From assembly GCF_006345805.1 (NCBI RefSeq), contig NC_043008.1, forward strand, positions 46,748,001 through 46,812,000: 64,000 bases of DNA, read 5' to 3'. The stretch comes from Octopus sinensis. Taxonomy: Eukaryota. Position 1 is the stretch's first letter, and every line of letters begins with the position of its first letter. The translations under genes were made by a program, and so were the position numbers. This document shows positions 28,810-41,929 of the stretch, piece after piece. The notes under the pieces are model-generated. The model made no database searches, was not told where the DNA came from, and was given only the letters and a program-made list of their open reading frames with translations.

Positions 28810-30818
28810 CCTAGTATAGGTTGTGCCTACTGAATAAAGGCTGCAGATGTGTAATTTACCATTTTCTTACAAGCCAAATGATTATGTCTTCGATTTAGAT
28901 TGAGTTTCAAGAGATCACCTTTTCTCATTTTATATTATTTTCGAACGTAACATTTAAATTTCTTCTTCTGCAACAGGAGACTCGTACGACAGTCAGTCAA
29001 ATGCTTGCGTGTCTCAGCTTCTAACACACATTTTATTGCTCCTATTTCTAGCCTTATTACAATCCTGGTGCTTTTCCAATTTTCCACTATCAATCTACAT
29101 CTTTATCTCCTTGATAAAAGATCTCATATGTTTTGAAAGAATTTCTTCCTTCAATAAATTTGGTGTAGAATGTTATGGCATTCTTATACACTAGAGGAGT
29201 AATTCATAATTACGTCCGAAGAGACCTACTTTCGTTTGATGTCGTTCACCATATAACAGAGAACATAAAATGATTATCAAACAAAATATTTTCCGAAGAT
29301 ATATTTTTTTATATCTTGGTTTCTAATCAGATTTATCTCAAACCTCAAAGCTATGTACATCTCATCGAATGTCCATATTCTACAGAATCGAATAATTCCA
29401 TGCATACAAGTATCCAAAACTAGGAGGTCATGATATATTACTTAAAAGTGGATCCATATCACCGCTCTTACACATAAGCTTTGATCATGATGGTTTGTTT
29501 TTGTACTTCACAGCAGTTTGTAATGTTCTGCGTATATTTTACAGATATATTTATACTAATGACGGAGCACGTATTACGGATGCCGTTTCAAATGAAGTAC
29601 TAAGGGATATCTCTAAGTGTATGCCTTGACAGTTCTGATCTTTATTTCTTTGTCTTTATCGCTGTTTTTCCTGCTGCAAGCTATTTAATACCAGGCTACT
29701 TTTCATTCCATATTCGCATTTACAGTGCCCCGTTTCCAGATTTGTACTATTGCACCGATTCTTTTAGAAATATTTAAATCTAAGGTGAATAGTCTGTCTA
29801 CCAGCATCAATTTGTTTTATAGCTTCCTTTGATCTTGGTGCAGGCAATATTTCCTTTTATTCCTGTCACAGCCTTGCATCTTTTCGCGTTCTTTTTCTAC
29901 CTCCAAATATTGTCACCGATGATGTTTCTACTACTTTACGTTCAGTCGATATTATACAGTATTGAGAGGAATCGTCGTATACGTATGGTGGCATTATCAT
30001 CGGTTTACAATATGCAAACAACAGCATGTTCGCATTGCTCACTTTTTATTAATCGTTACGAGTTACTATCCGGGCCTGTGTTGTTTTACCTTCCTATTTA
30101 TTATTTAACGATTCTTCAATCTCATTTCAAATTTTGTCTTCAAGATCTGTTTTCCTGCATTATTCTGTTTTCTCCTACCATCTTCAATTTTAAAATCTAT
30201 TTCGAATTCATTTCCTATTTAAGTGCTCGTCGCGTTCACAGTCCAGTTACGTCTTCGGTTCAAAAGTTCCTTAATTAGTAATTTTAACTTTACATTTTTA
30301 TCATGTTTGATAATTGATTTCATGCTTCAAGAAATTTTCAATTTTTAATTTATCTTTTCAAAAATATATTACGAAGTTAAACTCCTGCAAAATGCTTCTA
30401 AATATACGTAACGCTTCCGCCTTTAGATTCGAACACAACATTCTGGTGTTATTAAATATCGTGCGGGTGGTATTTGATTCCTTGATTCATTTATGCTTAT
30501 TTATACTGTACTTGTATCAGTAAATTGCCACATTATTATCTAATTATATTATACTATCATTTGATATAAGATAATTGTAATGTATTATAATTACTGCCAT
30601 TTGATATTAATCCTCAGGAGAACTTACAGTGAGATTTAAGTTTTAGCATTTAATTGTATTCTAATTAATAATATCAAGAACACAGTTTTCATTTAAGTAT
30701 CGTTCTTTTATATCACTTTTGCTCATTCATAAATACAAAACATATTTTCTTTAGTCCATTTTTTTTATTTCTGTCTCTCATATATTTCTATCTTTTATTA
30801 TTCTTTCATAATCTGCAG

Positions 30819-30904
30819 GAGGACAGCATCGAGAAAATGCATTACGTTCAATACGTTCTAAGTATTGTCTTTTTTGTTATGTCCAGCATTCAAAGCCCGA
30901 CAAG
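30819..30904 (+). CDS. Candidate first coding exon with signal-peptide-like N-terminus (MHYVQYVLSIVFFVMSSIQSPT)
   Basis: Strong acceptor (tcttttattattctttcataatctgcag), gaaaATG at 30837, AAG|gtcagc donor; no convincing downstream exon found. Confidence 0.22.
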
Positions 30905-31039
30905 GTCAGCTTTCCTTTTCATAATTCTCCGATCGATAAACTAATGTATTAGTCAATTACTAGGATTGATTTAATCGATTTCTCTACCACTCCGAAGAAA
31001 TGTTGTCTTTGTGATGTTATTAAAGTCATCATTCGATTG

Positions 31040-31385
31040 ATAGAGTCCTTAGAGCGTCGAGCAACATGGCTCGTGGCATTACTTCCGGATCTTTACATTC
31101 GCAGTTCAAATTCCGTTGAGATGATCTTTGCTGTTCATTTATTCAGAATTAACACAAAAGGTAACAGACAAGTACAGTGGTTGACATGGTTAGATAAAGG
31201 CCGTCAGAAAATGTAGCCTAACGAATATATTGGTTTCAAAGTTTGGCACAACACCAGCAATTTCATGGTGGATGGGGCTAAACTGATTACGGCGACCCCA
31301 GCGATCAACTGGTATTATTTCATCGATCCTGAAAAGATGAAAGGCAATGTTTACCTCGGCGAAATTTGAACTCACAACGTAAAGG
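31040..31385. mobile_element. Two diverged SINE family 1 copies in tail-to-tail orientation
   Basis: Plus copy with cagttcaaattcc B-box; minus copy with gaaaagatgaaaggc core and gaaatttgaactc. Confidence 0.65.
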
Positions 31386-31849
31386 TGAACGTGTTTTCAT
31401 AAGCCTTATATTACCAACTAATCAGGTTATTCGGAGTATTAGCAGCATGAAAAAATGGATTATTAATAAAAATACAACTGACACATTACAACGAAACATA
31501 CAGGAGCACATTCCGAAGTCGGACCCAGAACATCTTTGCAATCCTTAAGTTGAGTTCGTAAACAAATCCAACGGTGTCAATGTTCGGATCATGAAGATAG
31601 AATCACGTACAATCAGGCGTTATCAGTTTTGGAAGAAAATACATCATCTTTGGCTTGAAGCACTTTCAAAAGTTCAACGACGACTTACGAACGTCTATTC
31701 AAATAGATTGCCAACTTCCGGATATCCACTTTGTTCACAATTTCACCATATTCTTTAAAGATATATGACGACAGTCGAGTTGGGCAGTAAACTCGCCGTC
31801 TCTGCCTCTGCGAATCAATTCGTGTCAATTGTCGCATTCCTTTCGTTTT

Positions 31850-32143
31850 AAGGATGTTGAACAAAATACCTATGTTTCCAAAGGTGAATTTTCTAAACTT
31901 CAAAGAATTCCTCTCAACACATGGCTATGACCCTCCCCCACTAATTCCGCTCGTGATCAGAGATGCACACATCGTCAGCCACCAAGGGACATGCCAAACT
32001 GGTTAAGCAAATCTGTGGTATTGAGCAGAATATTTGTTGTAGCTCATCTTTTATATCAAGACAAAACAATTTTTATGAAAACATTTCCAATCAGTTAAGA
32101 TAAAAAGCCATGCGAGCCACTGCATGGTACTGCTGCATCAGGG

Positions 32144-32145
<2 letters not shown>
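31850..32145. mobile_element. Repeat family C, partial copy
   Basis: tttaaggatgttgaac...ctgcatcagggta followed directly by (ATT)n. Confidence 0.85.
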
Positions 32146-32192
<47 letters not shown>

Positions 32193-32214
32193 TATTGTTG
32201 TTGTTGTTGTTGTT

Positions 32215-33378
32215 ATAAAATGGCAAAATAGATAAGTGATGAAAACGGATACCAAAGCCAGAACAATGTTGATAGTACACGGAGACTTCCATCGACAGAG
32301 TGACACCGATAGGCTGTACGCGTCCAGAAGTAAAGGTGGAAGAGTTTTGACCTGTTTCTAGATCTGTATCGGAGCAGAGAAAAACAACTGAGAGTCGTAT
32401 ATAAAAAAATGCCGGGGAGCCACTGTTGAAACACACGAAGAAGCGCGACGTCGTCAGAACTAAAAATTGAGCATCGAAAGAACACTTTAAACAGAACATG
32501 AACAAGAAACAGGAAAGAAAAAGCATGGACAGATAAAAATGTACGGCCAGTTTGCAAGAGATATGAACACCAAGTCATATACAGAGGATCCGTTGCTATG
32601 CATGAGGTGAGGTGACGTGAAGATAGAGACAGAAGTACTCATATGCGCAGCTTAGGGACAAGCGTTAAGGACCAACTTTATAAAGTGCACAATAGACAAC
32701 AATAGCGATAGCTACAAATGCAGAATGTGTGGTGAGATTGGTGAAACGGAATGGTATATAGTTAGCGAAATGTCCGAAATAGGTACAACACGAATAGAAA
32801 AGACGCCATGACAATGTGGCAATAATGATCGATTGGGAGCTCTCTGGAAATCAAGGCCCACAAATAGCAAAGATGTGGTACGAAGAAACACCAGAAGGAA
32901 TCACCGAAAATGAATATTGCCCAATCCTGTGGGATGAAATGATCCGGTGCGAGCAACCGATCGGACATCGGAAAACGGATATTGTTGTGGTCAATAAAAA
33001 AGAAAGAACATGTAATTGCAATCGACGTAGTACTGACCCCAGTGGCAGCAGGATCAATGTGAAAGAAGAAAAAATAAACAAGTAGGACGATTTGAAGTGG
33101 GATATATACGATGGTTGTGGTCAATGAAGAGAGTAGACGTGATACCAATTGTAATTGGTGCACTTGGAAGTATCAGCACTCAACTACCAACATGGCTAAA
33201 ATAGATTGGTGCGAGTATGAAGGTAGAACAACTACAAAAATAAGCATAGCTTGGAACTGCAAGAATTCTTATCAGGGTTCTTGAAGCAAGACCAGTAAAT
33301 AAGTGTCACCTTAGCCTGCTGGCTGTATATAGAGGCCACCCTCCATCATACCCACCAAAATAAGCAGTGAGGTTTGAT

Positions 33379-33421
<43 letters not shown>
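32215..33421 (+). mobile_element. R4/Dong-type retrotransposon family B, decayed, with (TAA)n tail
   Basis: SDTDRLYASRSKGGRVL, MYGQFARD, CRMCGEIGET, RHDNVA, ILWD, KTDIVV, IVIGALGSI, LGTARIL; many stops and frameshifts. Confidence 0.8.
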
Positions 33422-33449
<28 letters not shown>

Positions 33450-33457
33450 AAGAAGAA

Positions 33458-33792
33458 AAATACAAAGACCTGGAAATAGAGGTAACTAGAATGTGGAATC
33501 TAAAAACAGAAACAATTCCTATCATAGTAGGTGCATCAGGCATGATAAAAAAATATTCAGACAAATACATAACAAAAACACCAGGACTTACAAACACATA
33601 TAACATACAGAAGATTGCACTACTAGGCACTGCACACATCCTATGCAGAACACTTTCCATACAATAACCATAAGAGCATCACAACAAATCACAGCACATA
33701 CCCAAGGCACACAGAGCTGCGCTCGGTAGTGAAGTGAAAGCACGATATAAAAATAAAAATAAAACTACTGAATAATATTAATAATAATAATA
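33458..33792 (+). mobile_element. R4/Dong family A 3' fragment
   Basis: Near-identical to about 23713-24020 (KYKDLEIEVTRMWNLK...LGTAHIL, same 3'UTR ending aaaactactgaataat). Confidence 0.92.
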
Positions 33793-34127
33793 AGACTAAA
33801 ACAATACCTGTCGTCATAGGTGCCCTGGGAATGATAGCAAAAGGGGCTGATTGCTACCTAACTCAGATACCAGGAAACACCAAAATGGCAGAAATTCAAA
33901 AGATAGTGCTCATGGGAACTGCTCATATCCTACGCAAAATACTTTCTATGTAATCTCAAGGTTTAAAACAAACATTTTTTTAGACATCCACTAGTACAAC
34001 ACAAAACAACAACCAAATATATGGCACACTAGGCATAACAACAACGTGAACTTCCAACCTGTTGTCTCTTGGGGTCTCTGAGTGAGACTTGGAGCCAACT
34101 TGTACAAATATAAAGCAAAAGTCAAAC

Positions 34128-34187
<60 letters not shown>

Positions 34188-34212
34188 TAATAATAATAAC
34201 AATAATAATAAT
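33793..34212 (+). mobile_element. R4/Dong family D 3' fragment with (TAA)n tail
   Basis: KTKTIPVVIGALGMIAKGADCYL...EIQKIVLMGTAHILRKILSM*, distinct 3'UTR ending aaagtcaaaca(taa)n. Confidence 0.85.
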
Positions 34213-34559
34213 CTGGTAGAAATATTACGTACACGGTTCTTCTAACTATAAGATAGCCCGACTGGAAGTTTAAAAAATAACACAACGGAAATTGGAATAG
34301 AGTGTCTGGAAGAGGTTTTGAAAACGTTTGTCTCCTGAGAAAGACCAGGCTAGTCAGAAATGTATCAGATTGTAAAACATTCAAATAAGTTACATTGTGT
34401 CGTAGATTGCAGGTAGTAGGTCCGTAAGATATCAGGAGTTTCAGCAACACCTGAGTTAAATAGAAACCTAATGACAATGATTTCAAACTGTCGTAAACAG
34501 CTTTCCGTTTGTTTATGAAGGGAAGAGAAGTCAATCACATCCACCGTAATAGTTCGCTG

Positions 34560-34835
34560 GGAATTAATTTATCGATCTGGAAAGGATGAAAGGTACAGGC
34601 GACCACGGCGGAATTTGAACTCAGAAGTACTGTCAGAAAATAAGCCACTGAGCATTTTGTCACTCAGTTCTGTCAGCTCACCTACTTAGTAATTGCAATA
34701 ATATCCCTTTCTACAATTGGCTCAACACCTGACATTTTTAACCAGTGGTGGTCAGTCGTTTGCATCGACCCCAACACTCATCTGGTACTTATTCTATTGA
34801 GCCCCAGGAGTTGAAAGGCAGAGCCGACCTCAAAG
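34560..34835 (-). mobile_element. Two diverged SINE family 1 fragments in tandem
   Basis: ggaaaggatgaaagg core, ggcggaatttgaactcag, and a second ctggtacttattc...gaaaggc piece. Confidence 0.6.
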
Positions 34836-34901
34836 GAACATGCATTGCTGCTATGCATTTTGGTGTATTAACGTTTCTACCAGCCCTCTGCCTTAGTAGT
34901 T

Positions 34902-34938
<37 letters not shown>

Positions 34939-37085
34939 CAGTAGCAGTAGTAGTAGTAGCAGCAGCAGCAGCATTGGCAGTCCAGAGCACCAGAACGGAG
35001 ATGTAGTCGTAGTTGTTTCAATAATTGACACTTTTCTGTGAGGGGTACTCATTTGTTGGAATTGAAATCCATTCAATGCGAAGTCAACATTGCAGGACAA
35101 AGTAATTACTGCATGTCATACTGACCGTTACTCAAGCATCCATCTCCGTTCTGATCGATCCTAAAATTTCGAATATTGGCTCAACAACAAATACTGTTGG
35201 CAGGTAAAGCATTGTCCATTAACACAATATCGAGTAATTGTAATTGCATTAGAGAATCTGGAGGAATGAATGGCACAGCAAAACCATTACAAAATTGACT
35301 TTATAAAATATAGCGCCCTCACGAAATCCACTGAAACCGTTTGTGTGGTGCACAACGTGTTATGATATATGTTCCTAACAGTGGAATCTAAAAGAAAGAA
35401 TTACACAAGGAAACCATCGTAAATCATGCTGTAACTGGTAAAATACCTGCATGGGCGTTCTGAGCATCAATATTTAGAGAAAAACTACGGGCGTCCATTG
35501 AAAATAATATAATTGACGTTAAAAATAACTATTTTGACAACTGAGCATAGTCATATTTGAAACATTTGCAATATTCTGCGATAAGTATGAGCTCTAGCCT
35601 TGGAATGTAGATTCTGTGCCGAACATAGATGCACCGGAAATATGATTGGGTGGCGTTTGAATACATCCTTTAGATACTATGAATTCACAATTTGCTTTTA
35701 CTGACAACAGCCTATTCAATGTTGAAATGTCACGCACACGTCCTCACATTTGGTAGATAAGTATTATACATTAGATCGAAAACAGAACACATTTTGTATA
35801 TATTTATTAACTTCGTAATTTCTTTTTAGTGCCGATCTACAATATAATACATTTTACTAAGAACAAAGTCCACGGTAACATAATAGTTGATGTTTTTCAG
35901 CAGAATTTTATCAGCCTCGAACCGATCTCTATAGACGAGGTTTTTCCGTATATTTCCTAGATATTTTGATGTACACATCCTCCAATATTTTCCGTAAATA
36001 TCTTAGTAGTCTACCCTCGTGTAAGAGGGTGGAATACTGAGCGAGCTCAAAATCATAAAGGTATGTGACAAATTCTAAAATACTTAGCAGGGTTCTTGTG
36101 CTGGAGTAATTTATCCTGAATATCAAAGACATCTTCTCCTGAAACACCGAAAGAATTATTACAACAAATCTATTTGTCCCTACTTTGTTAACTGGAAATA
36201 TATCTGCGGCTAATTATGATTAGCATTTAACAGTTAATTAAGGCTTCCTCCACGTCAAGATAAGCTTACATTTTAATTACCCAAATTCATTTACAACAGC
36301 ATTCATTTCAAATCATTCATCTGGAAACAAGACTTATATTTTACTTTAGAAAGAAAATAATTTGATAACGCTGTATATCGAGAATTGTTTAATGTGGTCG
36401 TTGAAGCATCGGTTTCAGTTGTAATTTTACCTCATTTGAAGATCAGGGATTAGAGATGTTGTTTTCCACTTACAGAATGCACACATGTTCTATGCATTCA
36501 ATCAGTGAAGGGAAATGCAGCAAATCCATAATCTACATCTATTCTCAATTACAATGCGGTACAGTCTTACATTTGCCTTCCTTTTTCATTCTTCTTGTTT
36601 CATAGGTGGCGTTGCGTTCTGAACATGATTGTACGTTTCTTCTTTACTTTCATTTTGTTTTGTTGACGACTTATGAAGATTTTCTTACTTTGATTCCGCA
36701 TATTAGAACTCCTAAGCCATTTAACTCCGTTTGCTATGTTCTGCCAATATTTCCAAATCACCTTCTTATTGAGAAATCCTTGAAGCTTTTGTCAAATTGG
36801 CCATTGAAGATGAACGGCTTAAAAGTGTGTTCTTTCTCCTCCATGATAAAGATGAAATTTTTAGTCATTTAGGCAAAAGCACAATATTTCAATAAATATG
36901 CGAAACGAATCTATGTGTTTATTGCCCGCCCCTACCGAGCAATTTAAAATCACTTGACGAAATAAGAAGAATTGTTATTATCTATTTCATGGAGAGAAAA
37001 AAAGGTGGCATCATATTTTCATTAACCACGTTTTACTAAAGACAATTCCGATTCCAACACAGTTTCTGTGTGTGTGTGTGTGTGT

Positions 37086-37130
<45 letters not shown>

Positions 37131-37148
37131 GCGTGTGTGTGTGTGTGT

Positions 37149-37870
37149 ACGAGAAAGAATTCCCATACAAGGCGAAAATCATAGACCCTAACGGAATAGG
37201 AAAAATGTATATCGGAATGAGGGGTAACTCGTTCAAAGAAGGGAATACACAACATCTTGTATCATTTAGAGAGAAAAACAAGAAACATGCGACATGCCTA
37301 ACAAATACAATATAGACATTGAAGGAAGGTGGAATAAGGAACCCCCAGGTAGATTGGAAAATGATTGCTAAAACCAAGAAATACAGAGTACGAGGTAACA
37401 AATGTGAACTCTCTATTGCTGAAAAATTAAACATTATACAATCAATAGTTAACATCTTAAACATTAGGGATGAACGTTTCTGTTTACATACACATGCAAT
37501 GTTTTACACTCAGATATTTCAAAGACGAGCTCCTATAAACGAGGGTAACTCTACCAAGATACATAGAACTCAAGCTTCACACAGAGAAGAATTATGAACC
37601 AATGACGAACTACCTCAACATACAAGTACAGAACAAAACAGCTGATGCAAACAAATTAACTACAAAAAATTTACCCAAAACACAAATCCGAGGAAGACAA
37701 ACATCCAAAAGATGCTACTCACGAGTAACGTTCAGTGATTCATTGTTTTATTTCCGCAAATTTTGGCGAAATCCCTGAACGAGGTGAAACAGTTTTCAAA
37801 ACTGAAGGCGAACACTTTTCTCAATGTGATCGGCTTGAAAATATTTAAGACGCCAGAATATTTTCCTAGT
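37149..37870 (+). mobile_element. Penelope-like element remnant: GIY-YIG endonuclease and 3' region
   Basis: PYKAKI...KMYIG...SFKE...HLVSF...*TLKE...VDWKMIA...KCELSIAEK...ILNIRDE matches the motif order of the PLE GIY-YIG domain; one in-frame stop. Confidence 0.8.
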
Positions 37871-37976
37871 TTTCTCAACATGAAAACAATGGTAGTCTTA
37901 AGTCAGAACTAAAGCAATTATACATCATCTACCAATGCAGTGTTGAGCACTTATTTCATCGTCCAGTATTTCCGTG

Positions 37977-38023
<47 letters not shown>

Positions 38024-38554
38024 AGAAATCCTCTCACATTCTCACACAAAAATGAATGTTATATTATATTCATATTGGAATATTTCAAAAGGGACAAAAT
38101 GCCAACAGGAAGTAGTATTTCCGTTCAACATCCGCTAAAGAGAAAACACATCAAAATAGCAAAAGTTTCTTTACGCAAATGGAGAGAGAATACCAATACA
38201 AAAAAAATAATGATTAGTCGTAAGGGTCTGGAACTACTTCGCGAGCGTGTGTTTAAATGTGTGTGCATGTGTGAGTGTGTGCGTGTGTATGCGTGCTCGC
38301 CGGCAGCTGCCTGCACAGTATCACACAGTGTCTATGCATGCGTGGATATGTGTGAGTATGTGTGCGTACGTTCGTGTGCGTTTAGGTATATACGTGTGTG
38401 GATGTGTATGTGTGTGTGTTTGTGTGTCTGGTTACGCATGCGTGTATGCCTGTGTGCAATTAACATTCAAGCTGATGTGTGGGTCTTTGCCACAAACGTA
38501 TATTTTCATTGTACGTCAAATTTGAGCAACTGTAGAAAATATCATCATGTAATA

Positions 38555-38781
38555 CTCTTTTACTTGTTTCATTCATTTGACTGTGACCATGCTGGAGCAC
38601 CGCCTTTAGTCGAGCAAATCGACCCCAGGACTTATTCATTGTATGCCTAATCCTTATTCATCGTTTTGTTTTTGCCGAACCGCTTAAGTTACGGGGATTT
38701 AAACACACCACCATCGGTTGTCAAGCGACGTTGGGGCGGGGGAAAACATAGTCACACAAACATACACACACACACACACAT

Positions 38782-38826
<45 letters not shown>

Positions 38827-38994
38827 CATACGATGGGCTTCTTTCAGTTTCTGTCTACCAAATCCACTCACAAGGCTTTGGTTAGCCGGAGGCTACAGAA
38901 GAAAACACTTGCCCAAGGTGCCACGCATTGGGACTGAATGCGGAACCATGTAGATCGTAAGCAAGCTACTTACCAAACAGACACTCCTAGGTCT
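38555..38994 (-). mobile_element. tRNA-derived SINE family 2
   Basis: Homologous to 12094-12508, same internal microsatellite position. Confidence 0.85.
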
Positions 38995-39042
38995 ATGCAG
39001 GAAAATAACGAAATAAAACGATAATTGTTATTATATTTATTA

Positions 39043-39076
<34 letters not shown>

Positions 39077-39369
39077 GTACTTTAAATCTGCATATCTGTT
39101 ACAATCACTCGTCGAGTCACACCCTGCGTCCTAGGGCGAGTGTAGGCTGAGAGATGTTAGAGTATGCCTGAAAGCTTGGGAAGAGAATGGGGCAGGCGCA
39201 GTAGCGAAATATTTTCATGTAATACAACACAGACATTTAAATGGATAAATTTACCTCGTACTCTGTTGTGCAGGTGCAAAACGTTTTGACATGCTAGTTC
39301 ACTTCTGCTGTTTACAGCAGTGCTTAAACGGAAGATGTGTAGCGTGTGATTGTCCTGAAAGAGAAAATT

Positions 39370-39725
39370 GTCTCGGTGATATGTGCTCACAGGCCTACGC
39401 AAAGATGCAGTAAGTGTATGGAGAGGAGTATATGAGCCGCATACAAGTGTACGACCGTTCCAGACGTTTCCAAGATGGCCGAAAGATGTCGATAGTGACA
39501 AACGTTCTGAGAGACACGCAACCAGCAGGACTGAGAAAAATATTGCAGATTTGCATGCAGCAGGGAGGGGAAAATGTCTAATCACAATCCGTGAGTTATT
39601 CGAGGATGTTCACATTAGTTATGGTTCCATTCAGTCCATTATCTCTGAAGATGAAGGAATATGACGTATGTCTGCCAAGTCAGTGCCGAAACTGCTTTCA
39701 GCTGACCAAGACGACACTCGGGCTT
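39370..39725 (+). mobile_element. Decayed mariner transposase, N-terminal HTH region
   Basis: VYGEEYMSRIQVYD...RFQDGR(fs)DVDSDKRS...TSRTEKNI...ITIREL...ISYGSIQSII...MSAKSVPKLLSADQ. Confidence 0.8.
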
Positions 39726-39959
39726 CAGTTGCACAAAATGTCGTTGTGTCGAGAACGATGAAAACTCTGTGAAAACTTTCCGTGGGCCTCTGAGCAGGGA
39801 TCACTAAGCTTTCTGTCTTGGTCAATGCGACAATCACAAGCTACACACCTTCCTTACATGCATTGCTGTAAACAGCGGAAGTGAGGTAGAGTATTAAAAC
39901 TTACTGCACATGCACTGCACAGTTCAGGGTCAATCTGTACCCAGCAGCCTCACTTTGCG

Positions 39960-40335
39960 TTCTTTAGCTTTGTTACTATAGCAACAGTCCCGATACTTAT
40001 TGATCAGATCTCTTAAACTGTCCAAGCATAGGCTTATGACTCCGCTTCTTCTCAGCTTGTTTCTGTCCGTTACTTCTGCAGCCTGTTTGATTAGTTTAGC
40101 TTGTTTTGTGGCAGTGTTTCCAGTATCTTCATCAAATTCAGATTTAATGCCAAATTCTCTTGCGAATTTGCCAGCTTCCTTGACAATAAAATATATTTTT
40201 TGCTGCTTTAATTTTTACACACAAGACACTGCATCCAGTCCTCTGTTCTAGATGTGTACCAGTTCATTGCTTTTTTGGACGGCTTACAGCACAGTTCTAC
40301 CCGCATCATTTCTCTTCCACCATTACTTCTAAGTA
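39960..40335 (-). mobile_element. R4/Dong-type internal fragment (RT C-terminal region)
   Basis: Minus translation LYLLRSNGGRE...TEDWMQCLV...(fs)IVKEAGKFARE...TKQAKLIKQAA. Confidence 0.55.
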
Positions 40336-40339
40336 GGTA

Positions 40340-40434
40340 CAGAGGTATTATTATTATTATTATTATTATTATCATTATTATTATTATTATCATTATTATT
40401 ATTATTAGTAGTAGTAGTAGTAGTAGTAGTGCTA

Positions 40435-40475
<41 letters not shown>

Positions 40476-40556
40476 GTAGTAGTAGTAGTAGTAGTAGTAG
40501 TCGTAGTAGTAGTAGTAGTGCTATCATTATTATTATTATTATTATCATTATTATTA
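40340..40556. repeat. Alternating (ATT)n/(AGT)n microsatellite
   Basis: Seen directly. Confidence 0.95.
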
Positions 40557-41115
40557 TTGAGTGAGAGAGCAGTGCATGCCATCAAAGTGACACTGCGGTA
40601 AAATATACGAAGCCCACTATACCCATCATGACTACCCGTCTGATAAGGGTACACCAGGCACATGCATCACAACCATATATGTGCGCGACGTAGTGATATC
40701 ATATCAAGATAAAGAGCGCATGACCTTGCAGGTGGGGCCCAGTTAGAATTTTCTTCTGCTCGAGTAGCCCATCCCGCTGAAAAGGACACTGAATAAGGAT
40801 TGTTTAAGGATGTTGAACCAGCCACCCATATTTCCAAATGTGAATTATCCAAACCTCTATGAATTCCTTTCAAGACACGGCTGTGATGCTCCCCCACTAA
40901 TTCTGCTCATGATCAGAGACGCACATATCGTCAGCCACTAAGTAAGATAGTCAACTGGTTAAGGTCTAGCAACTGACAAGCAAATCTGTGGTACTGAGCA
41001 GAATATTTGCTGTAGCCCATCTTTTATACCAAGACAAGACAATTTACATGATAACACTTCAAATCACTTTAGATCAGAAACCACAAAAGCCACTGTCTTG
41101 TACTGCATAAGGGTA
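40557..41115. mobile_element. Repeat family C, apparently full-length (~560 bp), flanked by (TTA)n on both sides
   Basis: ttgagtgagagagcagtgcatgccatcaaag...actgcataagggta; homologous to four other copies or part copies. Confidence 0.88.
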
Positions 41116-41159
41116 TTTATTAACGTTATTATCATTATTATCATTATTATTATTATTAT

Positions 41160-41646
41160 TGAGTGAGATAGCAGTGCATGCCATCAAAGTGACACAGGGG
41201 TACAAATACACGAAGCCCAAAATTCCCAGCATGAATACCCGTCTGATAAGGTTACACCAGACAGATGCATCATGACCATATGTGCGTGACATAGTGATCT
41301 GACATGAAGATAAACCGTGCATGACCTTGCAGGTGGGGCCCAGTTAGAATTGTCTTCAGCCCGAGCAACAGCCCATCCTGCTCGAAAGGTCCCTGAATGA
41401 GGTTTCTTTTAAGGATGATCAATGAAACACTCATGTTTCCAGAAGTGAACTGTTCAAACCCCAAAGAATCCCTCTCAACACATTACTATGACGCTCCACA
41501 ACTACTTTTTCTCGTGATCAGAGATGCACATATCGTCAGCCACTAAGAGACATGCTCAGTTGGTTAAAGTCAAGTAACTGCAAGGACGTCTGTGGTATTG
41601 AGCAGAATATTTGCTGTAGCACATCTTTTATACCAAGGCAAAACAA
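41160..41646. mobile_element. Repeat family C, tandem second copy, truncated at the right end
   Basis: Direct repeat of 40557-41050 after a 45-bp (TTA)n spacer. Confidence 0.88.
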
Positions 41647-41929
41647 CAGGCTCAGAAGGAATTCCTCGGCCAACTCGGAAAACTGAATAACATTCATTAA
41701 GCACACCAGCAAATGAAACGAATGACAAAACTGCCAGACAAAGCACAATCAAAACCACCAAATTCGTCCCTAACCAGGTACGTTCATCTCTTGTATCTAT
41801 GCAGAACTTTTTAAGAGATATTCAGAAAAGTATATGGGCCGTTACACAACACCAAGCGGTCTGACTATTCTAGGGCAGAAGCTATCTTCCGCGCTCCTAA
41901 TAAGTCATAAGTCTCATTCGAACACTACA

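Noticed and set aside
28977-29194. Strong acceptor followed by a hydrophobic, GPI-signal-like peptide (DSYDSQSNACVSQLLTHILLLLFLALL...)
   Set aside because: T-rich DNA gives hydrophobic text in two frames; the ORF runs well past the putative tail and no upstream exon links to it
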